The notes: generated from the sequence alone by a model not told the origin. A stretch of DNA of 32,000 nucleotides from Wigglesworthia glossinidia endosymbiont of Glossina brevipalpis (GCA_000008885.1 BA000021.3:420001-452000); one strand, 5' to 3'; positions 1 to 9,727 are shown, numbered from the stretch's first letter. Numbers and translations: made by a program.

Positions 1-265
1 CTTTCATTAGTATAATATTTTTATATTTTATTATATAAATATATATAAGATAAAATAATGTTAAAAATATTTTTTATTTAAATTAAATATTATATATATT
101 AAAATTAATTTAATTAAATATATGTTGTATTAAAAATAATTTTTAAAATTTATTATTTTATATTAACATTAATTTTATTTTTTACATATAAAAATTTATA
201 TTTTAAAAAACTAATTTATAATTTAAATTTATATAATTTAATAAATATCAACAGGAAACAAAATT

Positions 266-1060
266 ATGGGATTACTCAAAGGTAAAAAAATATTAATTAC
301 TGGAATAGCTAACAAATATTCTATATCTTATGGAATTGCATGCGCAATGCATAGAGAAAAAGCAGATTTAGCATTTACCTATCAAAATGAAAAAATAAAA
401 AAAAGAGTTGAAAAATTTGCCAAAGAAACTTTTTTTTCTGATTTAATTTTCCCTTGTAATGTTAATGAAGAGAAAAATATTTATGATTTGTTTGAAAAAT
501 TAAAAAAAATATGGCCTAAATTTGATGGATTTGTTCATTCTATAGCCTATACTAATCCAGATCAATTATCAGGAAGATATCTTGACGTAATAAACAAAGA
601 GGGATTTGAATGTTCTCAAAACATTAGTGCATATAGTTTTTCTTCTATGTCAAAGATAAGCAAGTCAATGCTGAATTCTGAATCAAGTTTAATTACAATA
701 ACATATTTAGGATCAGAAAGAGTTGTCCCTTATTATAATACTATGGGAATAGCTAAAGCATCTTTAGAATCAAGTGTTAGATATATAGCTCATGATCTAG
801 GATCAAAAAATATTAGAGTTAATGCAATTTCTGCTGCACCTATTAAAACACTATCTTCTTCTGGAATTAAAAATTTTAAAAAAATGCTTTATTTGTATGA
901 AAACGTTTCTCCATTAAAATGTAAAATAGGTATTTCAGAAATAGGAAATGTTGCTGTTTTTTTATGTTCTAATTTATCATCTGGAATAACTGGTGAAATA
1001 ATTCATGTAGATAGAGGCTTTCATATTATGTCTGGATCTTTATATGATAGTAAAATTTAA
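266..1060 (+). CDS. fabI: Enoyl-[acyl-carrier-protein] reductase (NADH), FabI
   Basis: The 264-aa ORF aligns from residue 1 with E. coli FabI as recalled (MGLLKGKKILITG..SISYGIA versus [25 protein letters not shown]). Its length matches the ~262-aa E. coli protein. AGGA at 253-256 lies 9 nt upstream of the ATG. Confidence 0.95.
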   Translation: MGLLKGKKILITGIANKYSISYGIACAMHREKADLAFTYQNEKIKKRVEKFAKETFFSDLIFPCNVNEEKNIYDLFEKLKKIWPKFDGFVHSIAYTNPDQLSGRYLDVINKEGFECSQNISAYSFSSMSKISKSMLNSESSLITITYLGSERVVPYYNTMGIAKASLESSVRYIAHDLGSKNIRVNAISAAPIKTLSSSGIKNFKKMLYLYENVSPLKCKIGISEIGNVAVFLCSNLSSGITGEIIHVDRGFHIMSGSLYDSKI

Positions 1061-1113
1061 AAAATTAAAATAATTTTTTTAAAAAAAATAAATTTTTTAT
1101 TTATTGGAAATTT

Positions 1114-1812
1114 CTAAATATTATTTAATTTTGATAAAATTTTTTCTAATAATAAATATGGGTTGCTTGATTTAGTAATAGGTCTACCAATCACTATATA
1201 ATTAGATCCAGATTTTATAGCGTCGTATGGATTCATTACTCTTTTTTGATCATTATAATTTGTATTTTTAAACCTTATTCCAGGAGTTACAATAATAAAA
1301 TTATTTCCAAATTTTTTTCTTACTTTTTCAGCTTCCCAAGGGGAGCATACAATACCATCTAATCCACATTTATAAGCGTTATTAGATAAATGAATTACAT
1401 GATTTATTATTTTTGTAAAAATTTTTGATTTGCTTAAATCTGATTTTTCCATGCTAGTAAGAACTGTAACTGCAATAAGTTTTGGAGGATTATTTATATG
1501 TGACAAAGCATCTTTAGCAGCAGTCATCATATTATATCCTCCACTAGCATGAACATTAACCATCCATATTCCAAATTTTGCTAGCGAAAATATTGTTTTT
1601 TTTATTGTATTAGGAATGTCGTAAAGCTTTAAATCTAAAAAAATTTTAAATCCATTTTTTTGTAAAAAGTTGATTAAAAAAAATCCTGAATTAATAAATA
1701 ATTCATGTCCAATTTTTAATTGGCATTGATCTGGGGAAATCTTTTTAGAAAAAGATATAGCTTTTTTTGGGTTAGAATAATCTAAAGCTACAATAATTGG
1801 AGATAGTTTCAT
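1114..1812 (-). CDS. pyrF: Orotidine 5'-phosphate decarboxylase
   Basis: The 232-aa ORF carries PyrF hallmarks: IVALDY, FLDLKLYDIPNT, WMVNVHASGG, AVTVLTSM, CGLDGIVCS and VIGRPIT. It is convergent with fabI, as in the E. coli map. Confidence 0.95.
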   Translation of the reverse strand: MKLSPIIVALDYSNPKKAISFSKKISPDQCQLKIGHELFINSGFFLINFLQKNGFKIFLDLKLYDIPNTIKKTIFSLAKFGIWMVNVHASGGYNMMTAAKDALSHINNPPKLIAVTVLTSMEKSDLSKSKIFTKIINHVIHLSNNAYKCGLDGIVCSPWEAEKVRKKFGNNFIIVTPGIRFKNTNYNDQKRVMNPYDAIKSGSNYIVIGRPITKSSNPYLLLEKILSKLNNI

Positions 1813-2346
1813 TATTTTTTAACGCATTTGTAATATAAGTTGTTTTTCTAAATAAAAAAGCATTAAAAATATTAAATAATAGTTTTTAAAAAATTAATAA
1901 TATTAATAGTATAAAATATTGTTATAAAATTTCTATTTTTATTTTAATAAAATTTTCTTTAAAAATTAATTCTATAAGAATAAATTTAATTTTATTAAAT
2001 ACATTAATATTTATTTTTAATATTAATTAATATAATTATTATTATAATTAATATATTTAATATAAATTAAAAATATTTTGTAAAAATTATTTTTTTAATA
2101 AAATTAAAAAAATTTTATTAAAAATAATATTAATTTTAATTAAAATAATTAAAACATAATATTTTTATATCAAGAAACATTGTATAAAAAATATAGCGTA
2201 TATTTAATTTAAAGTATATATTTATAATATAAAATATATTATACAAAATATATTAATTAATAAAAATTTTTTTATATTAAAATAATTAATTTGATATTAT
2301 TAAGTTTTGATTTAATAATATTAAAAATAAATATTATGGAGATAAA
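1813..2346. other. 534-bp nearly pure A+T divergent spacer between pyrF and ribA with no ORF; candidate deletion scar
   Basis: The six-frame track shows no ORF here, and G and C are only sporadic. In E. coli K-12 this position is occupied by pgpB-lapA-lapB (map from memory). Confidence 0.6.
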
Positions 2347-2940
2347 ATGCAAATTAAACGTATTACAGAAGCTAATCTTCCAACTCCATGGACAAATTTT
2401 TTGATGATAGGTTTTGAAGAAATTAAAACAAAATGTAATCATATAGCATTATTACATGGAAATATGTCAAAAAATACATCAATTTTAACGAGGATTCATT
2501 CTGAATGTTTAACTGGAGATGCTTTATTTAGTTTAAGGTGTGATTGCGGATTTCAATTACAATCTGCATTGTCACATATAGCTAACGAAAAATGCGGAAT
2601 ATTAATTTATCATAGACAAGAAGGAAGAAATATTGGACTTATAAATAAAATAAAAGCATATTCTTTACAAGACAAAGGAATCGACACAGTAGATGCTAAT
2701 TATCATTTAGGATTTGAAGCAGATGAAAGAGATTTTACAGTTTGTGTTGAAATATTAAATTTATTACAAATAAAATCAATTAGACTGCTAACAAATAATC
2801 CAAATAAAGTAAACGTATTGACTTCGGCAGGCATTTTAATAACTGAAAGAGTTCCTTTAATCGTTGGAAGTAACCCAAGTAATACAAAGTACTTATATAC
2901 TAAAGCAAAAAAAATGGGTCATTTATTAAATAATAAATAA
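2347..2940 (+). CDS. ribA: GTP cyclohydrolase II
   Basis: The 197-aa ORF is near-collinear with E. coli RibA (MQLKRVAEAKLPTPWG...[21 protein letters not shown]). GGAG at 2338-2341 precedes the ATG at 2347. Confidence 0.95.
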
Positions 2941-3853
2941 ATATTTAATAATACATTAAATCTATATTTAAATATAATTAATACTATTTTATAAAAATAA
3001 ATTTTAACAAGATATTAAATTTTTAATTTAATTTAGCTTAGATTAAAATTTAAATTAATATAATTTAATTAAAAATTTTTAAATAAAAATGAAATTTTAG
3101 TTTAGAAAAATAAATTATAAATACTTTTTAAATTTAAAAATTTTTTATAATTAATAATTATATATAATTATATAAAAATTTTTTTATAAAAAATATAAAT
3201 ACTTTTTCGTTTATAAAAATTTTGTTAAAATATATAATTATTTTAAACAAAAACAAGAATAAATTATATATTAAACAATTTTAATAATTTGAAAATTATT
3301 CAAATAATAAGAAATATATTTATAATAATTTATAATTTATTATTAAATTTAATTTTAATATAAAATTTAATGATTTAAAATTAAATAAAATATATTTAAA
3401 TTATTTTTATAACTTCTGGTATAGTAAAAAATTATAAAAATTTATAATTTATAAATATTTATAATAAACAATAAATGAAATTTTTACCATAACTATTTTA
3501 ATATTACTGTTTGATTAAATTAACGTAAAATATATAAAAATAAAAAATTTTTATTTTTATAAAAGATATGTATTTAATTTTTTATATAATAAATTTTTAT
3601 TTTTTATATTTATTTTATATTTATAATATAATTCATTATGATTTAATAAAAATTAAAATTAAAATAATTTATATATATATTTTAATATAAAAATTTTTAT
3701 TTTTAAATTAATTTAATATTTTTATATTATAATTTATTTAAATGCTTTAAAAGATTTTTATATTTAAATATAATTTAATTAATTTATTAAAATTAAATTA
3801 AATTAATTAAATTATATTAATTTTAACTGATTTTAAAATCAGGGAGGTTTTTT
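2941..3853. other. 913-bp non-coding spacer, about 5% G+C by hand count; the longest non-coding stretch in the window
   Basis: The track shows no ORF here. I counted about 49 G/C in the first 900 nt. The sequence is low-complexity A/T with short AATTA-type reiterations, for example around 3791-3815. Confidence 0.7.
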
Positions 3854-3856
3854 GTG
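3827..3856 (+). promoter_or_regulatory. Translation initiation region of yciC: 16-bp perfect palindrome, strong Shine-Dalgarno sequence and GTG start
   Basis: CTGATTTTAAAATCAG lies at 3827-3842. AGGGAGG lies at 3841-3847, with the GGAGG core at 3843-3847. A 6-nt spacer separates it from the GTG at 3854. This is by far the strongest SD I saw in the window. Confidence 0.6.
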
Positions 3857-4627
3857 TCTATTTCTATAAAAAACTTAATTTTAGATGCATGGAATTTTTT
3901 TGTTAATCAAATAATAAATATTATATTTTTTTCTACTATATCAGCTATAATAAGTAGTTTAATTAATTATATATTTCTTCCAAATAGAGATGAACTGTTT
4001 ACTCTTGCAAATTTAATTTCTGATTTTAATGGATCTATTAATAATATAAACTATTTATTTCAAAAAATGTCTATTGAACAGAAATATATTTTATTTAAAT
4101 TATCTTTATCAAATCATTTATCTAGCTTAGTTGGAAATGCTTTTTTGTTTAGTAATATTATTACTATGATAAATACAATTTGTGACAAAAAAAGATTTTT
4201 TAATATTTTTAATAATATTATTTTATCTTCATCGCTTATTCCAAAATTTCTCACTTTGATATTTTTGATTTCATTTTTAACTCAATGTGGAATGGCATTA
4301 ATGTTAATACCAGGAATAATAGTATTGATATTTTTAAGCTTTTCTCCCATATTAATTACAAAAAAAAATATAAGCATAACAGATTCTATAAAAATAAGTG
4401 TTAACATTACCTTTAAAAATATAAAAACAGTAGCTCCAATAATATTTTTATGGTTGTTAATAAAGTTAATTATTTTAGTAATTTCATCTCAAATTTCAAT
4501 TAATGGATTTTTATCTTCTGTAAAAATATTTTTTTATCTAATTAACAATATAATTACTGTATATATAATTATATATATGTATAGATTGTATTTATTATCA
4601 AAAATAAAAAAAAATAAATATTTATAA
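3854..4627 (+). CDS. yciC: Inner-membrane protein YciC (UPF0259 family)
   Basis: The 257-aa polytopic hydrophobic ORF uses a GTG start. Its N-terminus MSISIKNLILDAWNFFVNQ aligns from residue 1 with E. coli YciC (MSITAQSVYRDTGNFFRNQ). The central PKF..LIFL......G......PGII and C-terminal YRLY motifs are shared. Confidence 0.8.
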   Translation: MSISIKNLILDAWNFFVNQIINIIFFSTISAIISSLINYIFLPNRDELFTLANLISDFNGSINNINYLFQKMSIEQKYILFKLSLSNHLSSLVGNAFLFSNIITMINTICDKKRFFNIFNNIILSSSLIPKFLTLIFLISFLTQCGMALMLIPGIIVLIFLSFSPILITKKNISITDSIKISVNITFKNIKTVAPIIFLWLLIKLIILVISSQISINGFLSSVKIFFYLINNIITVYIIIYMYRLYLLSKIKKNKYL

Positions 4628-4837
4628 AATTTAATGTTTAAAATTAAAATTTATTCAAATAAATAAAATATTTCTTTAAATAAGTTAATTTTTATCAATT
4701 GATAAAATAAAAAATATATTAAAAATAATATATTAAAATCAATATTTGTTTAAACTAAATTTTAGTTTTATATAAGAATTTTTATAAAAATATATTAATA
4801 ATATAAAAATATTTATATTTAAAATAATGTTGTATTT

Positions 4838-6325
4838 ATGTTAATAAATTTTTTTTCTTCAATTGAAGTATTATTTGTAATAATTAAATGGATATTATTA
4901 TTAGGATATTGGTGGTTGATTACAGAAGTAACTATAAGAATTCTATTTAAAAGAAGAACTGTGCCTTCAGCTATGGCATGGTTGTTAATTATTTATGTTG
5001 TTCCTTTTATTGGAGCTATAATATATTTATTACTAGGAGAGTTAAATTTAGAAAAAAAAAGAATAAAAAGAAGCAAGATAATTTGGATTTCTGCGCTAAA
5101 AAAAATAAAAAAATTAAAAAACTATAAAGAAATTTTTACTACAAAAAATAGTCATATTGCTCGTTCTTTGTTCAGATTATGTAAACATAGACAAGGAATA
5201 GGAGGTGTTAAAAGTGAAAAAATTAATATTCTTAATGATCCTGATAACGTGATGCAATCCGTAATAAATGATATTAATTTAGCTAAAATTAGTATAGAAA
5301 TGATTTTTTATATTTGGCATCCTGGAGGATGGACAAATTATGTGGTGGAAGTTTTAATAAAAGCAGCTAATAGAGGAGTTAAGTGTAGATTAATTTTAGA
5401 TTCTGCTGGTAGTAAAAATTTTTTAAAAAGCATACAAGTCAAAATAATGCGTAAATCTGGCATTAAGATAGTAGAAGCTTTAAATTTAAATATTTTACAA
5501 ATATTTCTTAGAAGAATGGATTTAAGGCAGCATAGAAAAATGATATTAATTGATAATTATATTGGATATACAGGAAGCATGAATATGATAGATCCTAAAT
5601 TTTTTAAGAAAAACAGAAAAATAGGAGAATGGATAGATATTATGATAAGAATGGAAGGACCTGTAGCTTCTGCAATGAGAATAATATTTTCTTGTGATTG
5701 GGAAATAGAAACAGGAGAAAATATTTTTTATGCTCCCTATGATACAAAAAAATGTAATATAATTAAAAAAGATAATAATTATAAAACTCAAGTAATTCCT
5801 TCTGGCCCAGGTGTTTCCGAAGGAGTTATTCATCAAGTTTTATTAACTGCTATTTATTCTGCAAAAAAAATATTAATCATGACAACTCCATATTTAGTGC
5901 CAAGTGATGATATATTGCATGCTATTTGCACAGCTTCTCAAAGAGGAGTATCTGTTTATATTATAATTCCTAAATTTATAGATTCTATTTTAGTGAAATG
6001 GGCTAGTAGATCATTTTTTTCTGAATTATTACATGCTGGAGTATTAATATATCAATTTGAAGGAGGTTTATTGCATACTAAAAGTATATTAGTAGATGAT
6101 CAGTTAAGCTTGGTAGGTACTGTAAATTTAGATATGAGAAGTTTATGGTTAAATTTTGAAATTACTTTAATGGTAGATAATCGTAATTTTGGTAAAAAAT
6201 TAAAAAAAATACAAACAAATTATATGTCTCTTTCAAAAGTTCTACATTTAAAAGAATGGTCTAAAAGACCTTATTGGAAACGTATAATTGAAAGATTTTT
6301 TTATTTCTTTAGCCCACTTCTTTAA
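4838..6325 (+). CDS. clsA: Cardiolipin synthase A
   Basis: The 495-aa ORF has two phospholipase-D HKD motifs (HRKMILIDN... and HTKSILVDD...). It aligns end to end with E. coli ClsA, including [12 protein letters not shown] near the N-terminus and the identical C-terminus FYFFSPLL. Confidence 0.93.
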   Translation: MLINFFSSIEVLFVIIKWILLLGYWWLITEVTIRILFKRRTVPSAMAWLLIIYVVPFIGAIIYLLLGELNLEKKRIKRSKIIWISALKKIKKLKNYKEIFTTKNSHIARSLFRLCKHRQGIGGVKSEKINILNDPDNVMQSVINDINLAKISIEMIFYIWHPGGWTNYVVEVLIKAANRGVKCRLILDSAGSKNFLKSIQVKIMRKSGIKIVEALNLNILQIFLRRMDLRQHRKMILIDNYIGYTGSMNMIDPKFFKKNRKIGEWIDIMIRMEGPVASAMRIIFSCDWEIETGENIFYAPYDTKKCNIIKKDNNYKTQVIPSGPGVSEGVIHQVLLTAIYSAKKILIMTTPYLVPSDDILHAICTASQRGVSVYIIIPKFIDSILVKWASRSFFSELLHAGVLIYQFEGGLLHTKSILVDDQLSLVGTVNLDMRSLWLNFEITLMVDNRNFGKKLKKIQTNYMSLSKVLHLKEWSKRPYWKRIIERFFYFFSPLL

Positions 6326-6734
6326 TTTTAAAATAAAATAATTTTTATTTATTTAAAAATAATTTTATTTTTTTAAAATATATTAAATATGTGTATTTTT
6401 AAAATTGAAAAAATTTGATATATTTAATTGTATTAAATAAAATTTATTTTGTAAAGTTTAATAAAAAGTTTTTATTTATTGAATAATATTTGTATTAACT
6501 AAAATATAATTTTTAAAATTTATAAAATATTTAATTAATTTTAAAATTAGAAAATAAAAATATTAAAGCCTTTTATAAATAAAATTTTTAATTTTTTATA
6601 TTGCATAATATAACATTTTAGTTTATTAAGATGTTATAGAAAATGTTTTTAATTAATTAATAATATAAAATTTGTAATAACAATTATAATTGTATTATTA
6701 GAAAACTATAATATATAATATTTGAGAGCAAAAA

Positions 6735-7142
6735 ATGAGTGAAGCATTAAAAATTCTTAACAATATAAGAACTTTAAGAGCGCAAGCTAGAGAATGCACT
6801 TTAGAAACTTTAGAAGAAATGTTAGAAAAATTAGAAGTCGTTGTAAGCGAAAGAAGAGAAGAAGATAATCAAGCTCAAGCTGAAATTGAAAAAAAAACTC
6901 GCAAATTACAACAGTATAGAGAGATGTTGATTGCTGATGGAATAGATCCAAATGAATTATTAAAATCTATGAACTTTGTAAAATCTTCTTCTAAAAATAA
7001 AAGAGCAATAAGACCAGCTAAATATAAATATATTAATGCTAATGGAGAAAGTAAAACTTGGACTGGGCAAGGAAGAACTCCATCGATTATAAAAAAAGCT
7101 ATTGACAACGATGGAAAAAAATTAGAAGATTTTTTATTATAA
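6735..7142 (+). CDS. hns: Nucleoid-associated DNA-binding protein H-NS
   Basis: This is a 135-aa ORF. Its first ~37 residues ([37 protein letters not shown]) are identical to E. coli H-NS as I recall it. The C-terminal DNA-binding motif TWTGQGRTP is present. GAGAG lies upstream of the ATG. Confidence 0.95.
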   Translation: MSEALKILNNIRTLRAQARECTLETLEEMLEKLEVVVSERREEDNQAQAEIEKKTRKLQQYREMLIADGIDPNELLKSMNFVKSSSKNKRAIRPAKYKYINANGESKTWTGQGRTPSIIKKAIDNDGKKLEDFLL

Positions 7143-7251
7143 ATTTTATTTTTAATTAAAAAAATAAATTTTCATAATTAATACTTTTATATTTAAAAAA
7201 AATAATATAAATTAAAAATTTTTAATATTAAAAAATTATTTTATATTTTTA

Positions 7252-8598
7252 CTAATTATTAATCATAGATAATGAATCCCCTCTTCCAATGCCATAATAT
7301 ATGAATCCTTTGTTTTTTAAATATTTAGGATCATACAAATTTCTACCATCAAAAATTACTGGTTGTTTTAATTTTGATTTTATTTTTTTAAAATTAGGAA
7401 AATAAAAATTTTTCCATTCCGTGCAAATAATTAACGCATCTGCATGATTTAAAACAGATTCTTTGCTTTTCATCAAAACAAAGTCCTTTCTATTTCCATA
7501 TATTTTATGTATTTCTTCCATAGCTTTAGGATCAAAAGCTTGAATTTTAGCTCCATATTTCCATAAAGATTCAATTAATATTATGCTAGAGGCTTCTCTT
7601 ACATCATTAGTATTTGGCTTAAAAGACAATCCCCATAAAGCAAAAGTTTTTTTATTTAAATTTTTACCAAAATGATATTTAATTAATTCAAATATTTTGT
7701 TTTTTTGTTTGTTATTTATTTCTTCTACCGCTTCTAATAATTTTGGTTGATAACCAAGCATTTTTGATGCATAAATTAATCCTCTAATATCTTTAGGAAA
7801 ACATGATCCTCCGTATCCACATCCTGGATATATATAATTGTCTCCAATTCTAGGATCTTTACCTATACTTTTTCTTACATTTTCTATATCAGCTCCAAAA
7901 ATTTCTGCCAAATTTGACATTTCATTCATAAAGCTAATTTTAGTAGCCAACATACAATTAGAAGCATATTTTGTTAATTCTGCGCTACGTATATCCATAA
8001 AAATAATACAATTTTGTTTTTTATCAAATGGATCATATAATCTTTTCAAAACACTTTTTAAATTAATATTGTTAGTTCCTATAATAATTTTATTTGGAAA
8101 CATACAATCATATACAGCTGTTCCTTCTTTTAAAAATTCTGGATTATAGACAACATCAAACTTTAATTTTCTTTTTTTATTTTTTAAAATTTTTTTTACA
8201 AAAGAAAAAATTTTTTCTGTTGTTCCTACTGGAACTGTAGATTTTTCTAAAATTATTTTATAATCTCTCATATTATTTGCTATTATCTCTGCTACTTTAT
8301 ATACTTCTATGGTATTAATAATTTTATTTTTTTCTATAGGAGTTCCAACTGTAATAAATTGCATAACACCGTGATTTACTCCGTCTTTATGATTATTTGT
8401 AAATTTTAAGCGATTTAATTTTAAGTTTTTTTTAATTAATGTTTTTAATCCTGGTTCGTATATAGGAACAATTCCTTTTTTTAAATCAGATAATTTATCT
8501 TGGTTTGATTCGACGCATAAAACGCTGTGTCCTATCTCTGCTAATACTGCAGCTTGAACTAATCCAACGTAACCAATACCAAAAACTGTTACTTTCAT
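7252..8598 (-). CDS. ugd: UDP-glucose 6-dehydrogenase (long, ~450-aa form)
   Basis: The ORF has an N-terminal Rossmann motif (MKVTVFGIGYVGLV), the catalytic-Cys motif GYGGSCFPKD and a C-terminal GLSFKPNTNDVREA motif. I place the start at the ATG at 8598 (448 aa) rather than the ORF maximum at 8628. My reasons are that AGGAA sits 7 nt upstream of 8598 and that homologues begin at the Rossmann fold. Confidence 0.85.
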   Translation of the reverse strand: MKVTVFGIGYVGLVQAAVLAEIGHSVLCVESNQDKLSDLKKGIVPIYEPGLKTLIKKNLKLNRLKFTNNHKDGVNHGVMQFITVGTPIEKNKIINTIEVYKVAEIIANNMRDYKIILEKSTVPVGTTEKIFSFVKKILKNKKRKLKFDVVYNPEFLKEGTAVYDCMFPNKIIIGTNNINLKSVLKRLYDPFDKKQNCIIFMDIRSAELTKYASNCMLATKISFMNEMSNLAEIFGADIENVRKSIGKDPRIGDNYIYPGCGYGGSCFPKDIRGLIYASKMLGYQPKLLEAVEEINNKQKNKIFELIKYHFGKNLNKKTFALWGLSFKPNTNDVREASSIILIESLWKYGAKIQAFDPKAMEEIHKIYGNRKDFVLMKSKESVLNHADALIICTEWKNFYFPNFKKIKSKLKQPVIFDGRNLYDPKYLKNKGFIYYGIGRGDSLSMINN

Positions 8599-8658
8599 TT
8601 TAATATTCCTAATTTTTATTAAAAACATTTTATTTAAATTATTTATTTTAATAAAATA

Positions 8659-9498
8659 TTATAATATTTTCTTTAACCATTTTTTAAAAACTTTTCCAAA
8701 ATATTTATTATATAAACCATATTTTACAAAAGCCTTCATATATCCTAATTTATTACCACAATCATAGCTAGATCCTTTTATGCAATATGCTTCCACAATT
8801 TCATTTTTTATTAACATTTTTATAGCATCTGTTAATTGAAATTCATTTTCTATTCCTGGTTTTATTTTTTCTAGCATACCCCAAATGTTTTTAGAAAAAA
8901 CATATCTTCCAACAACAGATAAACTAGGAATACTATTTTTTATATAAGGTTTTTCTATAATATTAATGATTTTTGAAATATCATTTGGATTAAGTTTGCT
9001 TTTTTTGCAATTTACTATTCCATAATCTTTTGTATTATAAGATAATTTTACTAAAACTTGGCTTCTTCCAGTTTTTTCAAATCTATTTAACATAGATAAA
9101 AGATTATTTATTTTTAAATTATTACATGAATATGAATTGATGATAACATCAGGCAAAATAACGGCGAAGGATTTATATCCTATTTTAGGTAAAGCAGATA
9201 AAATAGCGTTTCCTAATCCATTTACAGATTTTTGATATATATAATCAATATTTAATTTTTTTTGAAAATTACATTTTTTTTTTAAAAAAATATTTTCAAT
9301 ATAATTTTTAATTAAATATTTTTTATAATTAGTAACAAAAATTATATTTTTTAGACCAGAATTAATGCATTCATGTATAGCATATTGAATTAATGGTTTA
9401 TCAATTAATGGCAATAATTCTTTTGGAATTACTTTTGTAATTGGAAGCATTCTTTTCCCTAAACCTGCTATTGGAATAACAACTTTTTTTATTTTCAT
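8659..9498 (-). CDS. galU: UTP--glucose-1-phosphate uridylyltransferase
   Basis: The 279-aa ORF contains KKVVIPIAGLGKRMLP.TK.IPKE.LPL.DKPLIQY, LTDAI and the C-terminal HDCGNKLGYM-type motif (YDCGNKLGYMKAF). All match E. coli GalU. Confidence 0.93.
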   Translation of the reverse strand: MKIKKVVIPIAGLGKRMLPITKVIPKELLPLIDKPLIQYAIHECINSGLKNIIFVTNYKKYLIKNYIENIFLKKKCNFQKKLNIDYIYQKSVNGLGNAILSALPKIGYKSFAVILPDVIINSYSCNNLKINNLLSMLNRFEKTGRSQVLVKLSYNTKDYGIVNCKKSKLNPNDISKIINIIEKPYIKNSIPSLSVVGRYVFSKNIWGMLEKIKPGIENEFQLTDAIKMLIKNEIVEAYCIKGSSYDCGNKLGYMKAFVKYGLYNKYFGKVFKKWLKKIL

Positions 9499-9727
9499 TG
9501 TTTAAGTATAAAAATTAATATATTAAAAGTTTTTAATAAAAATTAAAAAATTTAAATACAGATATTTATTTCTATTGATTTAAAAATATATTTTATTTAA
9601 AATCAAAATAAATATATTTTTATAATATAAAAATAAATATTTTATATTAAATTTAGTTTAATTAAAAATCTTACTTTAAATAAATTTTATTATAACTTTA
9701 CTATATAAATAGTAAATTTTAATTCTT

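Noticed and set aside
1-7. CTTTCAT at the window edge could be the ATG (reverse complement ATGAAAG) of a minus-strand gene running leftward out of the window
   Set aside because: Only 7 nt are visible. ATG triplets are frequent in this composition, so the call cannot be supported.
1074-1088. T7A8 palindrome between fabI and pyrF, considered as a bidirectional terminator
   Set aside because: The stem would be pure A/T with no loop. Such runs are ubiquitous here, and the structure would not be thermodynamically credible as an intrinsic terminator.
6609-6638. 8-bp inverted repeat TATAACAT ... ATGTTATA with a 14-nt spacer, about 100 bp upstream of hns, considered as a possible operator
   Set aside because: Inverted repeats of this length are expected many times by chance in ~95% A+T spacers. 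I see no second copy or other support.
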